From positions 916-64,915 of the IMG/VR virus record IMGVR_UViG_3300049982_000332: a stretch of DNA of 64,000 nucleotides; one strand, given 5' to 3'. The position numbers and the translations under genes are program-made. Shown here piece by piece: positions 46,260 through 55,327 of the stretch (position 1 is its first letter; every line of letters starts with the position of its first letter). The DNA is from a virus (Duplodnaviria > Caudoviricetes). Below the pieces are notes generated by a model. It ran no database searches, was not told the DNA's origin, and worked only from the letters and a program-made list of their open reading frames with translations.

Positions 46260-48940
46260 TGGCGGTAACCGAGGTTGTCCAGGCGCTCGGCTCGTGGAGT
46301 GTCACTCTGGCCGAGGAAACCCCGCGCGAGGTGCTGGATCAGCTCGACTTTTTCGGTCACGTCGCCTTGGTTCCGGGCCGGGTCAACCCCGCCGAGTACG
46401 GGGACACGCTGCTCACCATGGCCCGGTATGTGGGTGTGCTGACCGGACGGGATTTCGACCAGGTCAAACGGGTCGGCGGGCAGGGAATGGCGGTGTGGCT
46501 GGGTGACGCCGACGACAAGGGCGAGGTGCTGGAGTCGCCGGTCACCATCACTGGGCAGACCTTCGCCAACGCCATCCGGGCGCTGCTCGGCACGTCCACG
46601 GCGGTGGTGGAGGGCACCCTGTTCTCGGTGGCCGGCTCCTATACCGGGATCCACCAGTGGCAGTCACGCCGCAAGGCCATCGACTACGTCTGCGCGACGA
46701 TGGGCGCGGAATGGCGGGTCAACGGCAACGCCACCTTGGACGCCGGGCCGATCGCCAACCTGTATGCCACCACCCCGGCGTGCGTGATCGTGCGAAAGGG
46801 CAGCGCGGGCCGGGATATGGCGCTCACCGCGCTGCCGGGCGATATGGATTTGCAGCGTGACGTCGAGGATTTCACCACCCGCGTGGTGCTGCTGGCCGAG
46901 GGGGAGGGGCCGAGCATCTCGACGGGGTCGGCGAACATCATCACCAACCCCTACCTGGACATCCGGGGAAACGCGGTCAAACGGACCCGGCTGATCTCCG
47001 AGTCGGGGACGGCGACGAGCAACGCGGCGGCGCGGGCGCAGTTGCAGCTCAACCGGTTTTCGGGGACCCGCAACGCGTTGCGGCTGTCGGCCGACGACTA
47101 CGAGGTGCGGGGCACGTTCAAGGTCGGCGACTACGTGTGGGTGTATGACCCGGACGCGGGTCTGTTCGACACTGCCAACGAGGTGACGTTCCGGGGGCAG
47201 CGGTTCAACCCGGTCAAGCTGCGGGTGGTGGAGTCGTCGTGGCCTGTGGTCGCGGAGATGACGGTGGCCTACCGGGCGAAGACGGGCGCGTGGGTGGATT
47301 TGACCGCGTTCGTGGTGCCGGAGGCGTCGACGACGTCGATCACGGTCGGCGAGTTGTCGAGGTCGTTGACGAACGCGGGCACCGAGCCGGTGGGGGACCG
47401 CCCGGCGGGGGACGCCACGGTCCCAGGCACGGTGTCTTGGGTGCTGCCGTTCGGCACGTCGGTGTATTTGGACGCTCTGGGCGGGACGCTGGCCCGCATC
47501 TTGGTGGCGTGGCTGCTGCCGCTCAACGCCGACGGCAGCACGATCCTCGACGGCGACCACTACGAGATCTCCTACGGGGTGTCCCCGGCTTCGTCGTGGC
47601 AGACGGAGTACGCGCCGTGGGGAACTTTGCAGGCGATGGTGAACGGCCTTGCCCCGGGGGTGGCCTACGACTTCCGGATCCGCGCGGTGGACCTGGCGGG
47701 CAACGTGGGGGCGTGGTCGGCGACGACGACTGCGACGGCGAACCCGGACACGATCGCCCCGTCGACACCCGCCCCGCCGACGGTGGCGGCGTCGCGGATC
47801 GCATTCCAGATCACGCACACGCTGGGCAAAGCCTCGGGTGGCACCTACAACCTTGAGCTGGACCTGGACCACCTTGAAGTGCACGTCGGCGCGACGTCGG
47901 GGTTCACCCCGGACGCGACGACGCTCAAGGGCAAGGTGGCGGCCAACTCGGGGATGATTCGCGCGACGATCCCTGCTGTCGGGTCGGTGGGCGTGGAGCA
48001 GACGACGGCGATGTTCATCAAGGTGATCGCGGTCGACGAGTCCGGCAACAAGAGCTCGCCGAGCACGTCGGCCACAGCGACGGCGCTGCTGATCGACGAC
48101 CTGCACATCTCCGACCTGACGGTCACCAAGGTGACCGCTGGCACGATCTCGGCGAACTGGCTGATCGGCGCGTCCATTCGCACCGCCAGTTCGGGCCAAC
48201 GGGTGGAGTTGAACGCCACCGGGTTGCACGGGTTCAACGGGTCTGGCGTGGAGACGGTCTCCCTGCTCAACACGGGTGCGTTCACGCTGCGCTCGGCCTC
48301 ATCGGGTGCGCGGATCGAGTTGGACGCCAGCGGCTTCCGTGCGTTCAACTCCGGAGGCACCCAGACCGTGGACGTCGCCTCAACCGGAAACGTGCTGATC
48401 ATCGGTGAGATCCGGACGGCCAACACGGGAAGACGGCTGATCTTCAACCCTTCCGGATCATCCGATCCGGAGATCCGGTTCTACGCTGACCTGGGCTCCA
48501 ACTACGTGCGGATGTTCAGCAACCCGACGGGCACCGGTGAGCCGGAGCTGAAGGTTCTGGGAGCCGTCGGAGCGAACGGCCGGACTCCTGAGCTTTTCAT
48601 GGGATCGGGATATGCCTACCTCCGCAATACGGGGGGGGCCAATCCGAACGCGGAAGTCTGGACGAGCGGGGACGGCAGTATCTACGTGAACGGCAAGTTC
48701 GCGGCCATCTTCACCAATTCGGCGATGACCAGTGGGTCGCCTACCGTCTCGGGGACGGCGGGCATCATCGTCTATCCGACGACCTACAACGACACGTTTC
48801 GCGTGGTAGCGACGCCTCAAGCGGGAAACGGGGTGCCGTTCAGCGTGAACAACCCAAGTACGACGGGCTTTACATGGCTGAACGGCGGACCCGGGTTCTC
48901 CGGTTCCGACAGAGTCACTTATTGGGCTATGAGGATGTGA
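46259..48940 (+). CDS. Minor tail/host-specificity protein with fibronectin-III-like domains
   Basis: GLAPGVAYDFRIRAVD..GN.GAWS FN3 motif; start moved to TGATG at 46259. Confidence 0.8.
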   Translation: MAVTEVVQALGSWSVTLAEETPREVLDQLDFFGHVALVPGRVNPAEYGDTLLTMARYVGVLTGRDFDQVKRVGGQGMAVWLGDADDKGEVLESPVTITGQTFANAIRALLGTSTAVVEGTLFSVAGSYTGIHQWQSRRKAIDYVCATMGAEWRVNGNATLDAGPIANLYATTPACVIVRKGSAGRDMALTALPGDMDLQRDVEDFTTRVVLLAEGEGPSISTGSANIITNPYLDIRGNAVKRTRLISESGTATSNAAARAQLQLNRFSGTRNALRLSADDYEVRGTFKVGDYVWVYDPDAGLFDTANEVTFRGQRFNPVKLRVVESSWPVVAEMTVAYRAKTGAWVDLTAFVVPEASTTSITVGELSRSLTNAGTEPVGDRPAGDATVPGTVSWVLPFGTSVYLDALGGTLARILVAWLLPLNADGSTILDGDHYEISYGVSPASSWQTEYAPWGTLQAMVNGLAPGVAYDFRIRAVDLAGNVGAWSATTTATANPDTIAPSTPAPPTVAASRIAFQITHTLGKASGGTYNLELDLDHLEVHVGATSGFTPDATTLKGKVAANSGMIRATIPAVGSVGVEQTTAMFIKVIAVDESGNKSSPSTSATATALLIDDLHISDLTVTKVTAGTISANWLIGASIRTASSGQRVELNATGLHGFNGSGVETVSLLNTGAFTLRSASSGARIELDASGFRAFNSGGTQTVDVASTGNVLIIGEIRTANTGRRLIFNPSGSSDPEIRFYADLGSNYVRMFSNPTGTGEPELKVLGAVGANGRTPELFMGSGYAYLRNTGGANPNAEVWTSGDGSIYVNGKFAAIFTNSAMTSGSPTVSGTAGIIVYPTTYNDTFRVVATPQAGNGVPFSVNNPSTTGFTWLNGGPGFSGSDRVTYWAMRM

Positions 48941-48944
48941 TGCG

Positions 48945-49475
48945 GTGAGCGGGTGGGAAGTTGTAAACGTGCACGAGGACCTCGACGCCGACGACGGGCA
49001 CCGCTGGCTGATCGTCTACAGCGTTCCCGTCGAATACGCCCCGGACGGGGTCTACTCGGTGTCGCTGCCGAAAGACATCTTCAACAACTGGGCAGCGGTA
49101 TACGGCTACGACGTGGACGACCCGCAGGACGTTGATGCGTTGTTCAACCACGTCACCTATCACGCGTACATCAACGAGGTGCTGCGCAAGGAAGGCCGGG
49201 CCGACGAGATCGTGGCCAACCCGTTCGAACTCGGGGCCGACGAAGCGCGGGCTCGCGTCCAGGCGCACGTGGCCGAATTCAAGGCGTCCCGCCCTCTCGG
49301 CACAGCCTCGGCTGCGACGTCGCCGGGCGGGCGTTCCTCCGACCCGCACGACGTGATCCGCGCCGACATGGCGACCCGCCTCGACCGGGCTGCGGTGGAC
49401 AAGCACATGGACGCCGTCAAGCAGGCTCGCAAGACCGTCATGGCGAAGGTCGCGGCACGGAAGGCCAGACGATGA
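48945..49475 (+). CDS. Hypothetical tail-region protein
   Basis: In operon. Confidence 0.65.
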   Translation: MSGWEVVNVHEDLDADDGHRWLIVYSVPVEYAPDGVYSVSLPKDIFNNWAAVYGYDVDDPQDVDALFNHVTYHAYINEVLRKEGRADEIVANPFELGADEARARVQAHVAEFKASRPLGTASAATSPGGRSSDPHDVIRADMATRLDRAAVDKHMDAVKQARKTVMAKVAARKARR

Positions 49476-49642
49476 CGGACGACCAGGCGGCGCTGACCGT
49501 CGACCTGAACCGCTACGCCGAGCAGCTTTCGCGGCAACGCAACGCCGCCCTTGACGAAGCCGCCCAGCTCCGCGCCGTCGTCGAGGATCTCGTGGCCGAA
49601 CGCGACCAGCTCAAGGCGCAGCTCGCACAGCCCGAGGAGTAG
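49472..49642 (+). CDS. Small coiled-coil protein (not in ORF track)
   Basis: ATGA coupling; MTDDQAALTVDLNRYAEQL... Confidence 0.65.
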   Translation: MTDDQAALTVDLNRYAEQLSRQRNAALDEAAQLRAVVEDLVAERDQLKAQLAQPEE

Positions 49643-49739
49643 CCCTCCGGTTGCCCCGTGTCCGAGATCGGACTTCTGATCGTGCCGCCCGTGACCTCCG
49701 GCGGGCGGCACCCGACGTTGCAAAGGAGACGCGCAGCCG

Positions 49740-50159
49740 ATGAGCCGACGCTGGGGGGACCTACTGCACCAGGTCGGTCGCCGCGGCGCGTCCCTCATCT
49801 TCTTCGCCCTAGTGGACCTGGTGTGGGCCTACGGGCTGACCGCCGCACCCGCCAACCCCGGCAACGAGTTCGTCGCCCACCTGCTGCCACTACCGGTGTG
49901 GGCGGCCCTGTGGGCAGCCGTCGGCGGGCTGTGCCTCATATACGCCTTCAGGAGCTCCGACCGGGTGGCGTTCGCCGCCGCGTCCCTGCTCAAAGTGGCA
50001 TGGGGCACCCTCTACCTGCTCGGGTGGGCGCTGGGGGAGATCCCGCGCGGATATCTGGCGACGGTGATCTGGCTCGCCTTCGCCGGGTTCGTGCAGGTCA
50101 TAGCCGGATGGATGGAAAACAGGGGACCTGAGTGGACGCCACCGTCTACGTCGCCGTAA
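49740..50159 (+). CDS. Four-TM membrane protein, holin-like
   Basis: Four hydrophobic segments; upstream of lysin. Confidence 0.6.
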   Translation: MSRRWGDLLHQVGRRGASLIFFALVDLVWAYGLTAAPANPGNEFVAHLLPLPVWAALWAAVGGLCLIYAFRSSDRVAFAAASLLKVAWGTLYLLGWALGEIPRGYLATVIWLAFAGFVQVIAGWMENRGPEWTPPSTSP

Positions 50160-50482
50160 TCAGCGGTCTGGCCGCCGTGGTGTCCGCCGTATACAGCGCC
50201 CGGTCGGCGGGCCGGACCACCCAGAAAAGGACCGAGACCGAAGCGCAGGCGGTCAAGCAGAAGGCCGAGGCTGAGGAAAGGGCGGCGCTCCGCCAAATCG
50301 AAGCCGGCGCCTATGACCGGGCCAGGCAGTTCTACGAGGGCACCCTGACGCGGATGCAGGGGGAGATCGACCGGCAGTCCAGGCAGATCAACAACCTGCA
50401 ACACCAGGTGACCCGGCTGTCCCGGCAAGTACGTGACGCCGGGCTGGTGCCGGTGACCAGCAGCGAAGAGGAGGGGCTGTGA
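50132..50482 (+). CDS. TM plus coiled-coil lysis-cassette protein
   Basis: N-terminal TM, C-terminal coiled coil. Confidence 0.65.
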   Translation: MDATVYVAVISGLAAVVSAVYSARSAGRTTQKRTETEAQAVKQKAEAEERAALRQIEAGAYDRARQFYEGTLTRMQGEIDRQSRQINNLQHQVTRLSRQVRDAGLVPVTSSEEEGL

Positions 50483-50640
50483 CCGAACCACAACCACCCG
50501 GCAACGAGGCGGACCTGGTCCACGAGGGCGTCGACCGTCGCCCCTGGGAGGCCACCGAGGCCGACGAGGAGGCCGTGCTGCGCGAGCTGTACGGGCCGCC
50601 GGACGCGAACGGGATCTACCGGGGCGAGGGGGCACAGTGA
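50479..50640 (+). CDS. Small acidic protein coupled to endolysin (not in ORF track)
   Basis: GTGA coupling at both ends. Confidence 0.55.
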   Translation: MTEPQPPGNEADLVHEGVDRRPWEATEADEEAVLRELYGPPDANGIYRGEGAQ

Positions 50641-51377
50641 GCGCGTCAGCGATGCTCGCCGCGGCACGCAAATCCCTGGGGCTGGCCGGCAGGCCCAACT
50701 ACATCACCCGCGAGTACGCGTCCCGGAACGGCAACGTCTTCCTGGCCGCGCCATGGTGCGACCAGGCGGTGACGTACTGGGCCCGGCACAGCGGCAACGC
50801 CGCGGCGGTCCTTCCGAAGGGGGACCGGGCGTTCACAGTGTGGCATGCCGGGGACGGGCAGGCGCTGGGCCGATGGCACGCCGGGACCGTGGAGAACATC
50901 AAGGCGCACGCCACCCCCGGGTGCCCGATCTTCTTCGACTGGGACGGCAGCAACACCATCGGGGCGATCGACCACATCGGGGTCATCGAGAAGGTCCTGT
51001 CGGATGGCCGGGTGCAGACCATCGAGGCCAACACCGGGGACGCGGTCAAACGGCGTGTCCGCTCGGCCAGCGTCATCGCCGGCTTCTGGAACCCCGACTA
51101 CGGCGACGTGACCGCCGCCGCCGCGCACGCGAAAACCTGGATGGAGGAGCTCGTGGACAAGCTGCCCTTGTTGAAGCCGGGCGCGAAGGGCTGGGCGGTG
51201 AAGCGGGCGTTCTACCTGCTGATCGCCAACGGCTTCGCCCTGGACCCGAAGGTCGTGAAGGACACCGAGTACACCAAGGCGATGCAGGCGAAGGTCGCCG
51301 AGTTCCAGAAGGCCAAGAAGTTGAAGGCCGATAAAGAGATCGGCTCCCTGACGTGGACGGCCCTGATCGTTCCCTGA
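50637..51377 (+). CDS. Endolysin: CHAP domain plus peptidoglycan-binding domain
   Basis: PWCDQAV (Cys), DHIGVIE (His), IEANT; C-terminal LKPGAKG..VK...FQ..KKL.AD.EIG..TW.AL. Confidence 0.88.
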   Translation: MSASAMLAAARKSLGLAGRPNYITREYASRNGNVFLAAPWCDQAVTYWARHSGNAAAVLPKGDRAFTVWHAGDGQALGRWHAGTVENIKAHATPGCPIFFDWDGSNTIGAIDHIGVIEKVLSDGRVQTIEANTGDAVKRRVRSASVIAGFWNPDYGDVTAAAAHAKTWMEELVDKLPLLKPGAKGWAVKRAFYLLIANGFALDPKVVKDTEYTKAMQAKVAEFQKAKKLKADKEIGSLTWTALIVP

Positions 51378-51469
51378 CCTGGCCCGCGTGGATCCCCTGA
51401 TCTCCGGCGCGCAACTCCCGTCGCTGCGCCGAGCGCTCCACCACCTCGAGGGAGTGGAGCACCCCCAAG

Positions 51470-51492
51470 AGCCCCCGCGTGTCGGGGGCTTT
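51470..51492 (+). terminator. Hairpin between lysin and holin
   Basis: AGCCCCCG/CGGGGGCT stem followed by TT. Confidence 0.5.
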
Positions 51493-51513
51493 GTCATGCA
51501 ACGGAGGTTGCGC

Positions 51514-51876
51514 ATGTCCAACAACGAACTCACAGGCGAGCCCGCCATCTGGGCTGCGCTCGCAGGCAGCTTCGTCCAGTTCCTCGCGGCGTTCTGGCTG
51601 CCCCTGGCGGACACTCAGGTCGCTGTCATCAACGCGGTCGTCATCGCCGCCGCAGGCGTGTGGGTGGCCTTCACCACGAAGAGCCTCGACAACGGCGGCA
51701 GCATCAAGTCCGCCCTGCTCGGCTTCACCAACGCCGGCATCTCCCTGGCGGTGACATTCGGCTGGCACGCCACAAACGCGCAGACGGCGGCACTCATGGG
51801 GTTCGTCGGCATGGCGACGGCGGTGTTCATCCGGCAGACGTCGCGCCCGAAGAGCGCGTACGGCTTGGCTGCCTGA
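51514..51876 (+). CDS. Holin
   Basis: GGAGG SD; four TM segments with an internal duplication; basic C-terminus. Confidence 0.7.
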   Translation: MSNNELTGEPAIWAALAGSFVQFLAAFWLPLADTQVAVINAVVIAAAGVWVAFTTKSLDNGGSIKSALLGFTNAGISLAVTFGWHATNAQTAALMGFVGMATAVFIRQTSRPKSAYGLAA

Positions 51877-51933
51877 CCTCTGGTCGCGAACTCGCGTACG
51901 AGGTAGCCTACGAGATCCGACAAGCGGTAAGCG

Positions 51934-51974
51934 AACGGCCTCACCCTCTTCCCCTGCGGGAGGGTGGGGCCGTT
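51934..51974 (+). terminator. Terminator ending late operon
   Basis: AACGGCCTCACCCTC / GAGGGTGGGGCCGTT. Confidence 0.7.
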
Positions 51975-52105
51975 TCGTCATGTCCGCATGCGCCGGGAAA
52001 TCTGGGGCCCCAGGGGCGGGAGTTGGAACACTTCGCCCGACACGCCCGTTGGGGTGGTCAATGTCCCGATCCTGCCGGTTGGATCGTGACACGATCTAGA
52101 CATAG

Positions 52106-52166
52106 CCCCGGCGAGCGCTGAAGACGCTCCCGGGATCGGCCAACCCCTATCTGGGAAAGAGTTGAC
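52106..52166 (+). promoter_or_regulatory. Structured 5' leader, copy 2
   Basis: CCCCGGCGAGCG-ctgaaga-CGCTCCCGGG, then GGCCAAC...GAAAGAG-TTGAC-GTG. Confidence 0.65.
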
Positions 52167-52946
52167 GTGCCCGAAACTACCATTGACCTGCCAAGCAACC
52201 CCGGCGGGTCCCCCTTTGATGCGATCCGTCACGAAGAAGACGGCGTCGAGTACTGGCTGGCCCGCGAACTCCAGTCGGTCATGGGCTACGAGAAGTGGGA
52301 ACGCTTCGAAGGCGTGATCGACAGAGCCATCCGGTCCGCCGAGAACACGGGAACGTACTCCGACCAGGCGTTTTCCCGGATCCGGGAAGTCGGACAAATC
52401 GGACAGTCGACGGGTGCACGGATCGACTACCGTCTGAGCCGCTACGCCGCCTACCTCGTGGCCATGAACGGCGACCCCAACAAGCCCCAGGTGGCCGCTG
52501 CTCAGGCGTACTTCGCCATTCGCACCCACGAGGCCGAGGCCGCCACCACCAAGCCGATGTCCGAGCTGGAGGTGGCGCGGAAGTACGTCGCCGTCCTGGA
52601 GCGCGAGCAACTGCTCTCTCGCGAGCTGGAGGTGGTCAAGCCGAAGGCCAGCAAGTGGGACGCCTACATCAACAGCGACGGCCTCATCGGCATGCGCGAG
52701 CTCGCCGACATCCTGAAGACCAGCGTGAACGCCCTCACTAGCTGGCTGGTGGAAGTCAACCTGTTCCGCCGGGCGGTCTCCCGGGGTGGCGGCGGACGGA
52801 ACCTCCCGCGGACGACCAGTCAGAACTCCGGGCACTTCGAGGTGAAAACCGAGACGGCCAACGGCGTGGTCTTCCCTGTCGCATACGCCACACCGCAGGG
52901 GGTAGACCTCGTGGTCGACCTGTGGGGGCGTCGCACCGACGCCTGA
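52167..52946 (+). CDS. Phage antirepressor (BRO/DinD-like N-terminus plus KilAC/ANT C-terminus)
   Basis: SPFDAIR...EYWLARELQSVMGY.KWERF...LSRYAAYLVAMNGDP; KPKASKWDAYINSDG...MRELA. Confidence 0.88.
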   Translation: MPETTIDLPSNPGGSPFDAIRHEEDGVEYWLARELQSVMGYEKWERFEGVIDRAIRSAENTGTYSDQAFSRIREVGQIGQSTGARIDYRLSRYAAYLVAMNGDPNKPQVAAAQAYFAIRTHEAEAATTKPMSELEVARKYVAVLEREQLLSRELEVVKPKASKWDAYINSDGLIGMRELADILKTSVNALTSWLVEVNLFRRAVSRGGGGRNLPRTTSQNSGHFEVKTETANGVVFPVAYATPQGVDLVVDLWGRRTDA

Positions 52947-52958
52947 CCGATCCGTCCG

Positions 52959-52994
52959 AGCGCCCGCGTTCACCTTCGGGTGGGCGGGGGCGCT
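52959..52994 (+). terminator. Hairpin terminator after antirepressor
   Basis: AGCGCCC...CACC-TTCG-GGTG...GGGCGCT. Confidence 0.6.
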
Positions 52995-53173
52995 TCCTCG
53001 TGTTCGCGGGCGAGCCGTTCGGCCTCGGCGTGGAGCGCCCACGTCAGGAGCAAGGCCAGGCGCAGATCAGGGTCTTCGGGAGCGTGCATGGTGGTGCCTC
53101 CACCAAATGGGACGCACCGGAAACCCGGGAAGTTGCCCGCCCGAACCGAACCGCTATCGCAGGGCACGACAAC

Positions 53174-53201
53174 GCCCCGCCACCCGGAGCGGTGACGGGG
53201 C
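53174..53201 (-). terminator. Hairpin ending the leftward transfer/resolvase transcript
   Basis: GCCCCG(C/T)CACC stem downstream of resolvase stop. Confidence 0.55.
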
Positions 53202-53285
53202 TGTACGAAAACGCTCGGCTGCGGACTCCCGGACACCTGCCGTACCTGTCTTGCGGCGCGACCCGTGCGGAACCCGTGACCGGAA

Positions 53286-53882
53286 TCAAGCTCGCACCGA
53301 ACCCGCAGGCGACGGCATGCGAGACTCCCGGTTGGCCAGCTCCCGGTACACGGTCGCCCTCGAGGTCCCCAGCGTCTCGGCGACCTCGGCCACCGTGTGC
53401 TCGCGCGAGTCGTACATCCGGTACAGCGTCAGCACCTGCCGCGGGGTGAGCGACTTGCGCCGGCCGCCGTGACGGCCGCGAGCTCGCGCCGCGGCGAGAC
53501 CCGCCTGCGTCCGTTCGATGATGCGGTCCCGCTCGAACTCGGCCAGCGCGGCGAAGATGTGGAACACCAGCTTCCCGGTCGGGGTCGCGGTGTCGATGCC
53601 CTCGGTGAGACTGCGGAAGTGCACCCCCCGCTCGCGGAGCATCCCGACCGTGTCGATGAGGTGCTGCATCGACCGGCCGAGCCGGTCGAGCTTCCACACC
53701 ACCAGGGTGTCGCCGGGCCGGATCTGGTCGAGCAGGTTGTCCAGGTCCGGGCGCGCGGTCTTCGCCCCGGAGGCCACGTCGCTGAACGTCTTGTAGCACC
53801 CGGCCGCGTCCAGCGCGTCATGCTGCAGCGCCAGCTCTTGGTCAGGGGTGCTGACGCGCGCGTAGCCGAGCAGGTGGCCCAT
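53286..53882 (-). CDS. Serine resolvase/invertase (Tn3/Hin-type) with C-terminal HTH
   Basis: GYARVST..Q, VVWKLDRLGRS, AEFERDRIIERTQAGL.AARARG..GGR, GTSRATVYR. Confidence 0.95.
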   Translation of the reverse strand: MGHLLGYARVSTPDQELALQHDALDAAGCYKTFSDVASGAKTARPDLDNLLDQIRPGDTLVVWKLDRLGRSMQHLIDTVGMLRERGVHFRSLTEGIDTATPTGKLVFHIFAALAEFERDRIIERTQAGLAAARARGRHGGRRKSLTPRQVLTLYRMYDSREHTVAEVAETLGTSRATVYRELANRESRMPSPAGSVRA

Positions 53883-53999
53883 GGTGCTCCTTCGGGTGGG
53901 TTGGCCGACGTTGATTCCCGACGCGGGATACCGACGGCGGGGTCTTGCGGATTCTCTACGGGATCAGGGGCGTCGTCAGGGGATCGTTTGCCGACAGCG

Positions 54000-54308
54000 T
54001 CAAATCGCTGCGCCGACGGCGACCTCGAGGGAGCGGGCCGCCTGCGCCGGGTGGACCGGGATCACCGCCACCTCATCCCCCGGGCGGGCGCCGTACCCGG
54101 AGTCGCCCATGCCGTCGGCGATGACGAGCGCCTCCCGCGGGCCGGGGTCGACGGCCCAGCACGCCTCGACGATGAGCGGCCACTGACCGGCTACCTTCGT
54201 CGGCGTGGTGGCGGGGCGGGTGTAGAGCAGGCGCACCAGGCGGAAGCGGTTGCCGGACTCGAAGCGCATCACCAGTTCGTCGACCGTCATCACGATCGTG
54301 TCGGTCAT
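54000..54308 (-). CDS. Hypothetical protein
   Basis: Overlaps upstream stop; start moved to 54308. Confidence 0.55.
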   Translation of the reverse strand: MTDTIVMTVDELVMRFESGNRFRLVRLLYTRPATTPTKVAGQWPLIVEACWAVDPGPREALVIADGMGDSGYGARPGDEVAVIPVHPAQAARSLEVAVGAAI

Positions 54309-54532
54309 GACGATCCACCCAGGATCCGGCGCACGGCTCGCGCACGCGGTGTGCCCGCGGCGGCCTGCATGATCTCCTCGGCCCGCCCCGGCGGGAGGGT
54401 GCGGTGGTGGTGCCACTCGTCGAGTTCGTCGCTGGCCGCCGCGTACGCCTCATCGGTGGTGTCGCGGCAGCGGGCCTCGAGGTGGTCGATGATGAACGCT
54501 TCGCCGGCGTCAACGCCGGGGCGGGTTGCCAT
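54305..54532 (-). CDS. Hypothetical protein
   Basis: AAGGAG SD. Confidence 0.65.
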   Translation of the reverse strand: MATRPGVDAGEAFIIDHLEARCRDTTDEAYAAASDELDEWHHHRTLPPGRAEEIMQAAAGTPRARAVRRILGGSS

Positions 54533-54604
54533 GGTTCGCTCCTTGGGTCTTGAGGGAAGGGTGTCCCGCCCGCGGGGAAGACGGACGGGACGCGGGGGGA
54601 TGGG

Positions 54605-54781
54605 TCAGTCCTCGTAGTCGCCGCGGTTCAACTTGCTCGTGATGAGGTCGGCGTGGGCCTCGTACTGGCGGGCTGCGACGCGGTCACCCTTCTTGGCCGC
54701 TTTGGCGGCCTTGCCCTTGATCTCTCGCAGGGTCTTCTGGGCTTCGCTCTTCTTGGGGAGTCCGGACTGGAACAGCGGCAT
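54605..54781 (-). CDS. Small basic protein (58 aa, not in ORF track)
   Basis: AAGGAG SD; MPLFQSGLPKKSEAQK... Confidence 0.7.
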   Translation of the reverse strand: MPLFQSGLPKKSEAQKTLREIKGKAAKAAKKGDRVAARQYEAHADLITSKLNRGDYED

Positions 54782-54873
54782 GTTGTTCTCCTTCTAGGTG
54801 GGTTGTTCGTAGCGTCCTCCTCTGGGCCCGAGCGGGCGAGGCGGGACGCGGGGGATGGGTCAGGCGCGGGTGG

Positions 54874-54996
54874 TCATTCGTCGCCTGCGTCGACGTCGGT
54901 GACCACGATGGTGGCGCCGAGGCCGACGACGCAGCCGTCCATGACGAGCTCGCCGCCGAGGTTCACGACTCCGCCGTTGTTCACGATCCTGGGCAT
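54874..54996 (-). CDS. Small protein (40 aa)
   Basis: AAGGAG SD; MPRIVNNGGVVNLGG... Confidence 0.55.
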   Translation of the reverse strand: MPRIVNNGGVVNLGGELVMDGCVVGLGATIVVTDVDAGDE

Positions 54997-55082
54997 TCGG
55001 TTCTCCTTCAGGTTGGTGGAGCAGACGCTCCGGGCACCCGCGCGACCTTCCGGCCGGGCGAGTATCCGCAACAGCCGCACCG

Positions 55083-55313
55083 TCAGCGGGTCAGACCGGC
55101 CGCGTCACGCCAGCGCTGACCGGCACGCCCGTCCAAGGCGGTCGCCCGGTTGCTGACCTTCCGCAGGAACTCGGCGGCATCGACGTGCATCTGCGCCGCG
55201 GCGGCCAGGGCGTGCAGGCGCGGCCAGTCCTGGTCGTGGTACGCCTTCGGCATGTCGTCCATGTACGCCTGCATCGCGTCCAGGTGGTCGACGCAGTCGG
55301 GAAGCTTCGGCAT
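55083..55313 (-). CDS. Small helical protein
   Basis: GGAG SD; directly after translocase. Confidence 0.6.
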   Translation of the reverse strand: MPKLPDCVDHLDAMQAYMDDMPKAYHDQDWPRLHALAAAAQMHVDAAEFLRKVSNRATALDGRAGQRWRDAAGLTR

Positions 55314-55327
55314 GGCGTCTCCAGAGT

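Noticed and set aside
53286-53882. Tn3-family transposon or tail-fibre shufflon
   Set aside because: No transposase, terminal inverted repeats or invertible fibre cassettes seen nearby
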